From: Antedon mediterranea
Lineage: Eukaryota; Animalia; Echinodermata
DNA: 64,000 nt
Direction of reading: 5' to 3'
NCBI RefSeq assembly: GCF_964355755.1
Contig: NC_092680.1
Span: 8,742,001 to 8,806,000 of the forward strand
The position numbers and the translations under genes are program-made. Below the pieces are notes generated by a model. That model was given only the letters and a program-made list of their open reading frames with translations, ran no database searches and was not told the origin of the DNA. Shown here piece after piece: positions 1 to 14,859 of the stretch. Numbering within the stretch: the stretch's first letter is position 1; each line of letters starts with the position of its first letter.

Positions 1-984
1 AATATATAAAATTACTACTATTTACTTACAAACTTCCAGTTGAAAATTGAATTGATTATATGACTAGCCATCCTACTGTACTGTGTGTTAAAATTTAATT
101 TTACAACAATCACTACTTACGAACACCAATCAAACTAGTATTACCAAGACAAACCACTTAGTTATATACAATACCATGTCCACAGACAGGATATACGTCA
201 GTACCTTACGTCTATTCATCATTGGGATATTCCATATGCAAAGCTAATCCAAGTACGTCAACAAGTATTTGTGGCTTGATCCTCCTCCTACCACCAGCAC
301 CAAGTGGAACTAAACTCATCAGATTGTTACTGACTAGTGTTGAAAGATACCTGCGGCTATGCTATTTTACCAAATGCAACTAACATAACTAACTTACAGT
401 ATATCAAAAACGAAACAAAAGTATCGATTTTATCACATGATTTTTATATTTTTAAGTTTCAATTACATCATAAAAATTAGCATAAATCCTTGATATGCAC
501 ATTAAAATAAAACAATGCTAATCATTTGACGGACAATATCATTTTATAGAAAAATGGTCAGCTGACATTGACAGGACACTATGACATCATAAAATAAGAT
601 TACAGTAATTAATGTTTGTATAAAAATAAGTTTTACATGGCTGATATAAATTTGAAAGAATGGTTAGCCAATACAGTACATACTGTATGACATTTTTAAA
701 CAACAAATATTGATAATTATTTTATCAATATTTTCTACCAGTAACTTAGGTAACTTTATTTAATTCAATTTACTTTTTGCTTTTGCACTTTAGTTTCTGT
801 TTCTATTCTAAATTTCCAAGTATTAGCTTTGCAGATAGGGAAAGCATTATTAATATATTACCGTACTGAAGACAAAACAATTAATACTTGCCAACATTTG
901 TTTCCTCCTATAACTACATGACCAAAACCTGCACCGTTTGAGATGAGGCATATTCAATTCCCCATTTGGAATATGTATAAATAA

Positions 985-1700
985 GGTCGTGTTCGTACGG
1001 TGGTTAAAATAAGCGCTTAATTTCACCCATGCCTCGGGTTATAAATTGAGCGTTGTTCGTACTTGAAATATTTAACCGCTTAAATGCTTAATCGACGAAT
1101 CACAAACCGGAAATTACGTTTTAAGGTCAGTTGTTTTTACAACCTACGACCCCATTTTCGCACGCTAGTTTCGTGTTGTATATTTTTTACTCGCGATCTT
1201 TCTTTACAATAACAATTACTTGCTACCTTTTACACTGCTTATCCTTGCGACAAACCTTATGCCTCTTAACGCCGATAATCCTGCCGAAATATGCCTTCTC
1301 CTGACGACCATTATTTTACTCATTGACGAAGAATTTGAGCCTAATGTTACACGACGGAAACACCACCGACCAGCGGCTCCCCGACCAGCTAGGCCTACTA
1401 AGCGGTCTACACCAACAAGGACAGCACCAGCTGACGATCGCCCTCGAAGCGTGTATGGAAGAGCTTCGTAGGAGAAATGACGGGCCTAGGTAGCGAACGT
1501 TTGTCAAAATTTGACACATTGCCTCTATCGGAGATTTATTATCCTCGAAGGCCGAGTATAATTGGATTATCGCTGAAATAACCTGCAAATTTGGTGAAAA
1601 TTTTACCTCGAATTTTTTGTAGCCTGAGGCAAAAGTTAATTGGATCACGCGAACGGAAATCGGGAATAAGCTGGTATTTTCAACCCCTACGAACAGGCCC
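985..1700. mobile_element. PIF/Harbinger-like MITE
   Basis: Imperfect ~35-bp TIRs (GGTCGTGTTCGTACGGTGGTTAAAATAAGCGCTTA vs the reverse complement of the right end, GGGCCTGTTCGTAGGGGTTGAAAATACCAGCTTA). Flanked by TAA at 982-984 and 1701-1703. CpG-rich interior, no transposase. Confidence 0.7.
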
Positions 1701-2514
1701 TAAGTAGCACACCGTTTTTTGCAAAAATTTTATTGTTTTTAGAAAGGTCACATAGAGAGGTCATCATAATACACAAATTAAATGGTGTCCGTATTCATAC
1801 AAATGAAATTACTAATTTGGAATTGTCTTAAGTGTTTACTGTTGTGATGTCATGTTCTAGATTACTGTACATTTCATGTTAAATTAACCTGGATGAATTG
1901 ACTTCATAGCTATGTGATTACGCCACATTTGACCTTATGGGAAACTTCCTACTGTTGTGTTGGATAAACTTGCTACTCTAAAGCTCTGTATCCAACTTTA
2001 TGTGACGAAAAAATGTAACCAATGTGACAGAAAACTAAAACAACTGTATTGTGCAATATAGGATGCACAAGGAATAAATGGTTGCCTTGAACTTTTTTGA
2101 CAAAGGAAACAGGAACATTTAAAAACTGGACACACTTTGTATGGCAACCATCTAATTGACCTTCTATAAATTGGCTAGCACAGTAATTGAATAACAAAAT
2201 TGATCATAAAAGTATACTGACAGATTAGGGATCATATTAAAATTATTTAACTGCAGTTACTACAAGTCTACATTTGTCATTTTTTTTAAAGTTTATTATG
2301 AGGCGGTCACTGAAATAAAATAGTGCGAGAACTTAAAAAAAACCTGCTTAATTAAATTGTAGAAACAGGTTAAAGGGTACTAATGATAGTTACTGCAGTA
2401 AATACAGTACAGTATAATATTGTTTACATGTTTTCTTAAAATCAGTATTAAATCAGCTTTTTTCAATACATTTTTAAATACTAAAAATAATTGAAATTGC
2501 AACTTTTCTCTTAA

Positions 2515-3106
2515 AGGCCAGGTGCGGGCAAAAAATGTCTATTGATCATACATTCCAACAATTATCGATCTATAGTTTCCCCTATGTTTCATAATATTTG
2601 GGATTTTAATTGTGTTGCACGAGCTGGTTGAAAATAAGCACTTTCTTATCTTATAGTTTAAATTACACAGTAAAATCTCTATTCCTTTGTATACAAATGT
2701 TGTAAATAGAGCACCATTTTTTAAAAACTATAAAAAATAAACTGTGTGGTAAAAAATGTTATCAGATGACTAAATAAAAAGTAATATAACTTGAATTTTA
2801 CGTTTCTGGTATTTTTATTCAACTTCAGAGTTTTATTTTCATGCTATAGCAAAAATTATCCACCGTATATCCACCATCTTTTTTCACCTTTTAGGGACTT
2901 ACCAGACATGTTATTACATTAGGTTAAACTACCTAACTACTGAAAAAAAGTCTTCCTGATTTTTATAACAGAATTTGGTCATATTTTGTATTTGACCATC
3001 TTGTTTGACCATGACCATGTTTTTTGTCTTGATTTCTATTACAAATAATTGATTTTTGTACAATTAACCAGATATTATATTTAAAATTCATGCCTGTACC
3101 TGAGCT
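2515..3106. mobile_element. Kolobok-like MITE (TTAA target)
   Basis: TTAA|AGGCCAGGTGCGGGCA ... TGCCTGTACCTGAGCT|TTAA. Imperfect 16-bp TIR (12/16), AG..CT termini, TTAA TSD. Confidence 0.6.
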
Positions 3107-6100
3107 TTAAATCATTTCCAAATATGGTAGGTATGCAAAGTGCAGCAATCTCAACTAATAAAGTACAAAGTACTTTTTTCTAAACAATGCAAAAGCTGGT
3201 AAAATGACTCAATGATACGATAGAAGGAACAAACAATTCATGACTCAGTTTATTTCAACAATATTAGAATGACGAGCCTCGAAGCAAAACTAATTTATTC
3301 TTTTCTTTAATTAGTACTGTACTAATTGATTTTCCCCTGCAGTGGCCTGTTTTACATATAAATTTATCTGACAAATTTGTATGATGTATCATAGAACACG
3401 AAAAGAATTTAGGTATGGTAAACAGATAGTTTACTTATAAAGGCCTTGAATGGCTTATTCAAACATAAAATAGAAATGTATGTACGGTAATTCAGTGAAA
3501 GTACATTCACCAGAACAATGCCTTTGGCTTATTATCTAAGTTATAAAACAATATGATAATATCAATATAATTTTTTTATTTTGAATAACTTAAGTGTGAA
3601 TACGTAATAGCACAATTGATGTGGGATATTACCGCTTAGATTATTTTTATTAAATACTTTCATGGGTAAATGAAAAAAGCTCAAAAGCCACTCAACCGAA
3701 AAATCTAGGGACTACAGTATAAGCGGATTCATAACTGATGGAAAACAAAAACACATAATATGCAATAAGGGCTGTGATGGCGAAGTAAAACATAAGACTT
3801 GCAGTACACCATGTGTTTCCAAAAGGAAATTCAACCACAACGTAAAATAAAATGTGACATTTCATTTATTTAATTTAATAGTTATACACAATGGTAAAAA
3901 GCCTCTCTAGAAAATAAGTGATGCTAAATAACTTTTACAAGTGTTAAAATGTAGAAAATCTTTAAGAAGATTTGTAGTAATTTAGTAAACTTGTGAAATA
4001 TGATGTTTTCTTGGAATATTTTCAACTAACATTTAAATTAATTTTGGCACATAAACAGTGTTTACAATAATTGTCTGTTTGCATTCATTTAGAACTCTGT
4101 ATATAATGCATTTCTTAAATTTGATTGTTTCCAATTTCAGAATTCTTGATAAATTATTTTTTCTGATATTTTAAGTAAAGTATGTTTGTGTAGATAGTTA
4201 TCTTTAATCACTTTCTCTTAGGCGGTTTTAGTTACAGTATATTACTGTAGTTTCAATGTATTTCTATTTTGTCTTCTCCATCCTTCTAGTACACTTCAAA
4301 TTTCATATTTTCTCTATTCTACTTTGTACAGTAAAGTTTAAATTGCGTCAATTTCTAAATTATATTTTATACAGCTTATGTTATCATTACCATCAGGTTT
4401 TGACATCCACTGCTGAAGCATAAACACCACCAACACAACTTTTTATGTTATACAAAAATCTCAAAAGAAACAAAATGACATTGGGAATGGGAATCTTGGA
4501 TGGAAGCAAAGCTTGTGGTCAAATACTGGGTTCACTGAAGACAACAACAAGGTACAGCCTTATTTTTACCATCTGACCTATACAATCCATGTATATAAAG
4601 ATGACCGGCACAAACCATTGGTGTTGGTAGTTTATGAGTGCTGCTTACATTTTTAGTATATATATTATATTTATTGATTCCAGTGAGACAAGAATCACTG
4701 CAAAGAGACGAGAACTGCCATTGGCAACTATCGCCAAAGTTTTGTTTTCCAACTCCTGACATATATGCCACACAGAATGAAAAATTCTCATGGAAACATC
4801 CGTTAAATCCTGGCAAATCCTACCATCCTTAAAGGTTATGAGCTAACATTCTATAATTAGTTATGATTCACACTTTACATCACAGCGATTAAAGAGTAGT
4901 TTATACCAAGATGATTAATCAACATTAGATAGTAGTATACCTTCTTATTTTTGGATTATCATTTCTGTGTATTAGTCATGTTTAAAAGAATTATTGATTT
5001 AGGAAAGTATTGGGTAAGCCTATCACAATTACAAACTATTCTTTTTTTAATGCACTATTTTTCATTTTAAATACAATATTATTATTTAGCAAAACATTAT
5101 TGACGTCATCTAATTATTGTTTCCTATTACGTAGTCAAATTTATTGCTATTTTGTCTGTTACGGTACAGTATTTAATTTTCTAAAAATGATAAACACAAA
5201 AAAAAAGGTAAAGGTAGTCAACGATTACAGTGCAAGAAAAAAATAGATATTACATTAACACATTTTTATTACCATTTTTTTTTTTAGTTTATTGTTCAAT
5301 AGGGTTTTGAGGGGTGGGGCGTTTAATCGAGAGAGCCGTTTATTTGGGGGAGATTTTTGGGTGTAATATGGTAACATGTACAGTATAATCAAATAAATAC
5401 AGTCGAAACATTTAATCAAATAATTATATCTGGAAATTCATAATTCATGCTTGTACTTGAGCTTAACAAATTGTTCATAGGGATTGGATTGTGTTTTTAA
5501 ATCAATTAACTTTTTATCATGAAATTTCAACCTTGTTTTACCATGTGGTCAGGTCTTATTTATATCAAACATGCCTTAACTTTATAGGTATAAGTTCTTG
5601 TTATAAAATAATTAATTTAATTAAGAAGAATTTGTCTCCATTTTTTTTTCACCCAACAAAAAAATGGTAGTAAATGATTAAAAATACAAAACTTGGCATG
5701 ATATTATAAGTAGATAAATGTGTGAAGGCCAAAATAAGACAACAAGTCATAGCTAACGAGGGTTACATTCTATTCATAGGATCAACCAATTTAATATATA
5801 TTTTTAGTGCTACATTATAGCCTTTTTTTAGGTTTTTGACCTATATAATTTGACCTAATTTGTAGAGATGTGTTGAAAACAAACTACTGGTTTACTGTAA
5901 ATTCTGAACAAAAGCACTGATGACTAATTACGTGCCCAGGTACATAATTGGTTACCTGACCACTACATGATTCATTGGAACTGCTTAGACCATGCTTCTC
6001 TTCCCTACCTGCCCTTATGGCATAAGTATTATAACATTCCTTTTCAAACAAAATGTCCTGAAAGTAAAGGGCTTCTTGATAGTGCAATTAATTCCAAGTT

Positions 6101-6727
6101 GGTAAATTGTACTGTAGAATTTGCAGACCACAATCTCTAAGCAAAAACACTTATGATGTTATGGTCTATCTATTACTGTACACAATATGGCAGGGTTGGT
6201 CAATTGTGACTAAAAAAATATATTTCAACAAACGTCTCTGTGGTCTTGATCTTGCTCATATAACATTGTACTGTATTAAGGTAAAATACATAAACCAATA
6301 GTGGCTTTACCTGGATAAACTAAACTTCCCGAGAAGAGCTTTAATTTCAAGCTAATTTATCGTAGAAAGCTAGGCAAGAGACGAAATGAAATACAAAGTA
6401 TAACAATATTATTTGTTGGACCTGCAAAATCATTTTATGTACTTTACAATGCTCTATTTATATTTATTTGCCTGGTCTGTTTTTTTTTAGAGCAAATTTT
6501 ACGATCAATTTGGATTGTTCATAAAAAAATAGTTTGCAAAAAAAAACTTTCACAAACAGGTTTGATTGGAACTAGGTGCAGCCAAAGTACTTCCTTTAAT
6601 CGGTACGGTATATGTGTACAGTATGTAGCAGGCACGTTTGATGATAATAAGCATAGACTACATAACAATACTTTTACTAGGCATGTTCAACATTCAAGTA
6701 CAGAAACAAAATTACTAATAAAAAAGT

Positions 6728-6897
6728 AATATTATACAGATATTAACTGCTTAGAGGTTAAATATAAGATTAGACATCCCCGAGGGAATGATATTATGTT
6801 CGAGGGAATATATAATTCCCAAGAACTTAATATCATTCCCGAGGGGATGTCTAATCTTATATTTTACCGATATAAAAGGCGATATCTGTTATATTAC
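6728..6897. repeat. Long imperfect palindrome at one end of a non-autonomous element (possibly Crypton-like)
   Basis: AAATATAAGATTAGACATCCCCGAGGGAATGATATTA ... TAATATCATTCCCGAGGGGATGTCTAATCTTATATTT, with arms of ~85 bp. Confidence 0.65.
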
Positions 6898-7330
6898 ATA
6901 GCCAACAACAAGTAGAATATCTGCTGGGTCGGGTAGCTAGGCTAGGTAGGCCTCCTTTTTGTATTGTATGTAAACAAGCTGCCCAGACACCTTACCTTTC
7001 GAAGAATAATATACAGATAATTACTAATTAATGATTCTTTGACAATAACATATTCACTAGCCTAGGTCGTTTAAATAATAACAGAAGAATTTCCATCAAT
7101 AAGCCTACATTAATAATAATAATATTATCAGGTAGGCCGAATAAATAATGATACGTCTTCTTTCGAGCCGAATCACCAGATGTTCAGTGCGTCGCGCGTG
7201 TACCCGTTACTACTGTGAGTATTAACCAATCACAAACGGTGTTTCATCACATCTAGGGAGGACTAAAAATAAATGAGGGCGCTATGTATGCATAGTTTAA
7301 ATAGTTTAGATGACTAATTTCGCCAAGCAA

Positions 7331-7410
7331 GTTCCGTGGCGCAGCGCATGAAGCGTTGTCTTGTGATGGAGTGAAAATTTCATCGCGAGTTCAAAACCCA
7401 GTAGATGACT
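7331..7410 (+). mobile_element. Degenerate tRNA-derived segment (SINE-head-like)
   Basis: A-box-like TGGCGCAGCG and B-box-like GAGTTCAAAAC. No intact cloverleaf. Confidence 0.35.
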
Positions 7411-7513
7411 TTTGTTTATTTATCGGCAAACGCGAGTGTTGCCACACGAAAATTACACAGTCAATATCATCGTACTCGAGAATTTATATGATTAGTGACA
7501 GGGACACGATAAT

Positions 7514-9083
7514 AGGGAGGTTTCGCAACCTTACGAATACGATAACGAAAACGGATACGTCATACATTTGTGAAACTTTTGAGCTGATCCCCATTTCATA
7601 TTCGTAAAGCGTATTCGTGTTGACGAATATCACCAGTCATATTCGTAACTACAAAACGAGTATAGTTTTTGATCTATTTTGCACATTTTGCGTTTGAATC
7701 AGGAATGATTCATGATTATAATATAATTATAGATTTATTGAAAGTAATTAACTAAAGTAATTTACTGAAATGCCAAGTCAATTTTGATAAATAGCAGTTT
7801 TTAAAGTTCTCACTCGCTTTGATGTTACGCTAGCAGTGGCGGATCTAGGATCTGACGAGGGGGGGTGGCCACGAAAGTGGCAAACGAGGTGCGTAGCACC
7901 GAGCGGGGGAGGGTTTGGGAGGGGGTGTCCCCCTCCCGAGGCTCCGAAAATTTTTAAAAAAATAGATGCTTACACACTGTTTAATAATAGGCTAGAGAAA
8001 CTGTTTCCATCACACTTAATAACAAATATTACATAATGTAAATTTAAATACATCCTTCCTAAATACTGTACGGATCTTTTTCGACGAACTAATAATAAAC
8101 TTTGATCGAAAAACCTTCAAACAAAATGAACATTTGGTATTAATGCGGTACTCCGAAAATGCCTCGATAGAGTGCATGAGTTGTGTACCGTGTTTTGGTG
8201 GTCTGTTAACCTCAGAGATATATACCCTACAGCCGGGTGAATAACTCAATGTAATTTGGTATACAATGATCGCAGTAATCGCCGTGTCTATAACACAAAT
8301 CAAAAAACGCCAAATACGCCACATACTTTTTTCGGCCGTCCCGTGTACATACAAGACATTTCATGTTTATTTTATGCCTATAAAATAATAAAAGAAGACC
8401 ATGTTTCTCATTTATTTTTATCGTTTATACTGCATACCATAATATTATACAAAAAACTTTCATGCGCGAGAAAAAAGTTCCCGATATTACACTCCACTCA
8501 GGGGTGTAAATATACCACGCTAACGTTTGTGCACACACGGACCAGGGCGGCGGAAATTAACTGCAATGGAAAATTGTGTATTTTGGAGAGTGATGACGTC
8601 AGCATTCACACGAGGAGCGAGCTTGACAACGTGACGCTGTGGTAGTTTTAGGAGTGCGTGTGTTTTGAAAATGGGTATTTTCCGAAGATTGTAGCTCTTT
8701 CACTGTGTAGGCCTATTTACACACAACTATTAATACTAACCCTAGCTCTAGTAGGGCCTAGCTAGGCCTACTCTTCTTAATTAAAAGATTAATCCACGTC
8801 TAGCGACGGTCAATCGCGATTAGGTTGCATCTTTTTTTCTTTTTTTTGAGAATTAAGGGGGGTGGCTAGCCACCCTATTCACCCCCCCTAGATCCGCCAC
8901 TGGCTAGGCTTAGGCAGCCAAGCACCAAGCAACACGTACCTGCGCTTTGCTCAAATTTACTGCAGTCATATTTTCGACGCGCCTCAATATTTCGTTGCCA
9001 TGCGAAACAGATTATGAAAACGAATACGTGTGCGTGACGTATCCGTTTTCGTTATCGTATTCGTAAGATTGCGAAACCTCTCT
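7514..9083. mobile_element. MITE with ~50-bp TIRs (ISL2EU/Harbinger-type candidate), host of a nested element
   Basis: AGGGAGGTTTCGCAACCTTACGAATACGATAACGAAAACGGATACGTCA at the left end and a near-perfect reverse complement at 9035-9083. 2-bp AT (or TA) TSD. Confidence 0.8.
7834..8902. mobile_element. hAT-like MITE nested in the 7514-9083 element
   Basis: Perfect 15-bp TIR CAGTGGCGGATCTAG ... CTAGATCCGCCACTG. Direct repeat GCTAG at 7829-7833 and 8903-8907. Confidence 0.8.
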
Positions 9084-10327
9084 ATTTACGCGAAAATTAC
9101 TCGGTCAATATCATCGTTCTCGAGGATATATACGATTTACGATAAATGGAGTATTCTGTACAGTATACTGTACATGAACTGTATATTTGTATTGTAAAAA
9201 TGTATGCATGAAGTAGGTGCAGCATTATTTCCTTTGGTAAAGCATTAAACATGTTTCACAACTAGCAGACTAATACTGTATAATACCTTATGAATACAGT
9301 AATCAACATTTTTTTCATTCAAAATTATATACTAAAACTTACTAATATACTTTGTGTATTAATTATTAAATTTATTATAAATTACAAACATTGAAGAAAA
9401 TGTTTGCAATGCTATTTGAAACGCATTTCATAAAGTGGGTTGACTAATTATGTAATAATTATGAAAACTACAAACTGCATTATAAACATAAAACCAACAG
9501 ACAAAAAGTCTGGTTGGGTCGTTTAATTAGCTTACAGCATCACAACTATCCAGGGAAGTGAAGACAACACGGGAAATTACGAGCTGCTGAAGCGTGACAT
9601 GTGGTTGCCTAATAAATGGCGTAGGAGATGGCATTCACCTTTTGACAAAATCATTGGGAATCCATTTGCTATTGATCTTTTATGGCCTGTTTGACCTTTT
9701 AATGTAACAACTAACCATCTACAGATTGTTATGGACATTTTAAAATGTTAAAGCATAATGTTTTTAGTACTGTCTTCTGTGGATTTAACTGCAAACAAAC
9801 ATTACCATGTTTCTTAATTCTTTTATTACAAAATTGACAAATACTACCATACTTTAGGACATACAATAATTGGTAAATATCTTGAAACGATCAAAATGAA
9901 TCAAGTATGTATGTGGCGTCAGCTAAAATGGGTCTATAAGTGTCTTCTTAGAATAACTTGACTACTGTAATTACCTTTCATGTTTCAATAAATATATTCA
10001 TTGACTTTAAAAAAATCAATAACCACGTTAAAATTCATGTTATAATAGACAAATAATTTATAGTATAAAAGGAAATACCGCACAGGTCTTTTGATACTGT
10101 AAACGCCTAAGTGTCCTTAGATTTCTGTTACCGTAATACTACAGATTACAAAGTACTGTATAGTGTTATACTGTACACATCAATAAACTACAATAATGAG
10201 CTAAATATAGAATAGTAACTACCTGTACACCTTGAAAGTCTTACCACAAACTAACAAAGGGAATGTATTTGTTTACTACAAATTGTATCCATACAATATA
10301 ACAATTTTCAAATAACATTGATATTTA

Positions 10328-10519
10328 CAGTTCTGTACAACCTCCTTCCGAAACCTCTATCCAGGGGAAATCCTTGGGACATCCCTAAGTAGTATTAAGA
10401 GGGGGACACTTTTACATGAAAAAAATGAGTTTTAACAATACAACCAACCTCCTTATGACACTGACAGGGGACATTATAAGGGGACATGTATTTGTGTCCC
10501 TATAATAGAGGTTCTACTG
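10328..10519. mobile_element. Degenerate pogo/Tigger-like MITE
   Basis: Right end GAGGTTCTACTG|TA matches the right end of the 17805-18307 element. Left end is similar to GTACAACCTCC. Confidence 0.4.
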
Positions 10520-11871
10520 TACTATAAGTATAATCTGTCTGTTTTAAAGTCAATCCAACCGAATATACCTTTACAATTTTTTTATCCATACAATATCTCA
10601 TTTCAGAGCTAGAAAAATGTTTCTAAAAATATATTCTTAGTACGCACACTGCATACAGTACATTAAAAATGTTGACAAAAATATCATAGATTAGGTTCCC
10701 GTTGCAAATCACATGGCTATACATTTATAATAAAAACAGTACATATCATTTATCAGATCGTTCACTATTCTTGAGTGGGACGTATTGCTAGGAACTTATA
10801 TCACTAGGGAAAATGAGAGAGTTTGCTAAATTGATGCGATTCCCAAAGAGATAATTGTCACACACAATTCAAGGCTACTGCCAAGCACTGCCACTTTGTG
10901 AAAGATTCAATTTATAATAGTAATTGCATAGTGAGATCATTCAGTGTATTGGAATTCACAGTAATTGGGTAGATCCTAGGCTGGATATCATTTAGCAAGG
11001 AATTGTCTGGATTGAAAAAACAATTAAGTCCCTGAACAAGGGCAGTGTGCATGGTGAAAACACAGGTAAACTGCAACTATTATTTTATAAATTTTCAATC
11101 AGCTTTCAATGAGTAATAATAATAAATATACATACATACATAATATAATATGGTTGCACCAGTCTATGTTTGTTTTTTTATAAAGTTATGACGCCCTATT
11201 TGATGGGTCTCAAATGTGTCCCATATATAGAGGTTCTACTTTATTAAATGTTAATAACAAATTTTAATTTACAAAGTAACGTTCAAAAACAATTAAGTGA
11301 TGTTACTTTCAATTTATCATTTATTCAATGCTTGTACAGTACAGTAGTATAGTTTAGCATTATACTATACATGTGACCAAATGCTTTTATTTTATCACAC
11401 ACTGTAATTGTCACATTGCACGTGACACATTAACCAAACATTTATGAATGAAAAATGCAATTCTCTACTGTTGTAGTTGGATATTCAAAATTGGAGTTTT
11501 AAGAATGAATCACTTACTGTTTACTGTATATCAAACATCCTCTAATAGATAAATGTGTTTATTCAGTTTAGATCATGGAGGAATTGGTTAGATTACCATT
11601 TAACATTAAATTGCATACTTCATTAATTCACTTTACCGTTAATGGTATTGTTTGAAATAATAAATAAACTAATAATTTATATTTTACACACCATGATCAG
11701 TGGATTGAACACAAAATAGTCTAATATCCAGGCAGTATTTCGAATGTGTTTTTTATGCTTGAAAAAATTATTTGGAACCTTTTATCAAGAAAAATTTGTT
11801 TCTGTTTTTCACAGTTTACTGGGAGACTCAAATGTACTACGAAAATGTATAAAACAGCAAAGGTTAACACG

Positions 11872-12332
11872 ATATAGGTCCTTCTATAGGTCAGTTATAG
11901 AGAGTGGTATGGTTCGGTAGCGCTACCGAAAATGAAAAGCGTGACCTAAATAGAATAGTCAAGACCGCATCGCGTATAATTGGATCTGCACAACTGCCTT
12001 TGGAGAACATATTTTCGGATCGTCTTCTGAAAAAGGCAGTGGCTATCAAAGATGATCAATTTCATCCGGCCTCTAGTATGTTCCAGTTGATGCGCAGCGG
12101 TCGGTGATTTCGTTCTATTAAGGCCAATAAGGCACGATTTACAAATAGTTTCTTTTCTGGATCTATTAGAGCCTTAAATATGATGTAGACCTTTTTTTTT
12201 TTTGTAATGTTTTTGTTTTTGAGTTCGTGTTGTGTCCGTTGGATATTGTGCTCCGCCAACAGAGCAAACAGAATTTCTATGTTTTTCCTAAAACAAATGA
12301 TAATAAATGATACTTGACTTGACTTGACTTGA
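11872..12332 (+). mobile_element. 5'-truncated Rex1/Babar-type LINE (RT C-terminus plus 3' tail)
   Basis: Translation FYRSVIE..VWFGSATENEKRDLNRIVKTASRIIG..HPASSMFQLMRSGR*FRSIKANKARFTNSFF is typical of the Rex1 ORF end. AATAAA is followed by an (ACTTG)n tail at 12311-12332. Confidence 0.8.
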
Positions 12333-14859
12333 TATAAAACCAATTTACATACAGTCCCCATTTATTCCATCCCAGACTATATTCCCCTTAATATTAAACA
12401 TCGAGTAAATGGTAGATTGGCTTAATGACTTCTAAATTATCTAATGAGTAAACACATTGGAATGCAGGTTTAATAATGACTGTCCTTTGGGGGTTTACAA
12501 CAATGAATGTCTACAACACACAAAAACAATGGACATACTGCTATTGATGACTCAATCATAATAAATACATTAACCAACTACAAAAATAGAGAAGGTCCTT
12601 TACTGTAGGTAGTTGGTCATGGTGATTTCCTATGGGTTGGTGAATGAAGTTTAAGGTTCCTGCTGGCTTAAATTTACGAAGTGTGACTCCGCCCACCAAC
12701 CACCACTCTAAACCTTGTCTCCAAAACATGCGCCTTACGACAGATGCGCGACTCTCTGCCATGTATGAGCCTAGCGTGTGGCTGACTAATGACCCAGGCC
12801 TGCTAATGACCTCTCTAAAAATCCACATTGTTTTAAATTAAAATTCATTCTGAAATCCAACTAGACATTTTGGGGCACAATTGTTAGTCAAATTTGGCAT
12901 CTGTAGGCAACAGCTCAGATGAAAACGTTTATCATATTTTTATATTAATAGTAATAATGTGCCACATATCACATAAAAGCAATCATTATTATGAAAAAAG
13001 AGTTCAATCAAAATGTAGTATCATCATCCTGACTGAGAGGAAACAACAATGGTAACATTAGTGAACAGCTGTCACATAACATTCATCATTTGATTCTGAA
13101 GAAACAACACAAAGACAGAAATCATTATTTATCATCGCTTTGAGACTTTTATGTCCTTTTAAGGGCAGTCTCATAGTTAACTGTATATTGGAACATCTGT
13201 TGTACAGGCACACCTTATTATTACTACAGTGTACTGAATGCATGTCTGACCACAGATGCTTAAAAAACTAATTCTTCCTCTATGGTGTAACATTTATTAA
13301 ACATTTCACAAATCAACTTACAAGTTGCAGGTATTTCTCCATGCACAAATTAACAGAGGTAGCCTACTGTATGCATGATGGACAAGTACCTTCAGATCTG
13401 TACTGCTGGGTCACAGTCACCTAAGTCCAACCTAATTTTCAGATTTGATCATAAAATGTACAGTACCTTCATGATTTGATAGTGTCAGTGACACTTTTTA
13501 ACAGGATACAGTAAGTGAAAGTGTACTGTATGTTTGTTTCACTGAATAATGTATGTTTTTTTTTCATTATTCTCTAAACTAAAGAGAAACTCATTTAATT
13601 AAACTACTGTATCACTACCAAAGTCTTGTATAGCAATTGCTAACACTGGAACGCATTGCATTGCAGTGAAAGTATCTAAAATTATTATGGAAAAAATAAA
13701 ACTTTATTCTAACGCACATGCCTACAGTTTAGTCAATATTTTAATATAGCTTTTTATTTCCTTCTATTAGCTAAATTATCCTTTACTCAAAGTTAGAGCA
13801 CATAAGTAGTGTGGCATAAACAGGAAGTGAATATGACCTCTATTGCGATTTTGCATAATGATTGTCTAATCCCTGTACTGTACTGTAATGTTAACTCAAT
13901 ATCATGTTGCAAGCTAAACAGTTCAGTACGTTCCTCCAACAAAATTACCTTACTGTACAGTACAGTACTCTATGAACATGGCGTTGGTTTTTTATATGAC
14001 TATTTGGAACAATATCTTGGTTGGAGGCAATAATAAAACTTCTATTACAATTTTCTGGTTTTTATTATAATCCACTGTAGTTGAATTGTTTTGACATGTT
14101 GACCTACGTTGACTTTTTATTGTAATTGTTATTTTCTATATCATGTTTTTTTTTTTTTTTGTATATTTCTCTTGGATGCACCTTCCATTTGGTCGAGTGC
14201 CACTGTTGTAAAAGTGTAATCTCCAAAGAAATTATTATTATTATACACTGTAAAAGAACTAGAACACATTCAATTTTTGAAATCCCATAGACATACAGTA
14301 TTGCAATTATGGAACTGTACAGTACGTCTGTGCTGCAACAAAAACTCAAAACATTATAGCATGGGAAACTCATTAGTCTAACCAGGGACGAGTGATATAA
14401 TACATTTACCAGAAATTTTTTTTTTTAAATTACTTAGAACTACTACCTGTACTCTGTCTAAGTATAACATTGGACATGAAAAACAATACAAAAAAAATGA
14501 ATCATGATCATCATCAACACTTCCACTACAGTATAATATTGAATGGTTGCGAGTCCTTTCATTTCATCACATAATTTCCTTAAACCTTTCCTTTGAGTGG
14601 TTGAATAAGTTTGGAGCTATGTAACTACAGTGATTATTATACAAACAGAAAGCGAAGAAGTCGAGGAGCTTGAATTCATTGCAAAAATAATTTATAAAAT
14701 GGAAATATCAATACTAAAGGGCATACTTTATAAAGTTGGCACTTTTGCTTTATTATAATAAATAATAATTATTATAATTAACAACAACAGCAGCAGTAAT
14801 GACAATACTATAGTAATGATAACAACAATTTGAATGTAAATATGTATACAGAATGTTTG

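Noticed and set aside
205-350. Possible alternative first exon of the SHB-like gene on the - strand (MMNRRK followed by AAG|GTACTG)
   Set aside because: Weak donor, tiny coding part and no homology support.
1220-1648. 83-aa and 110-aa ORFs
   Set aside because: Inside a MITE, non-ATG starts, and no recognisable transposase or other motif.
7331-7410. Functional tRNA gene (also 42524-42600)
   Set aside because: Only degenerate A/B boxes; the stems do not form a cloverleaf.
7836-8645. ORFs within the nested hAT-like MITE
   Set aside because: No BED finger, DDE or dimerisation motifs recognised.
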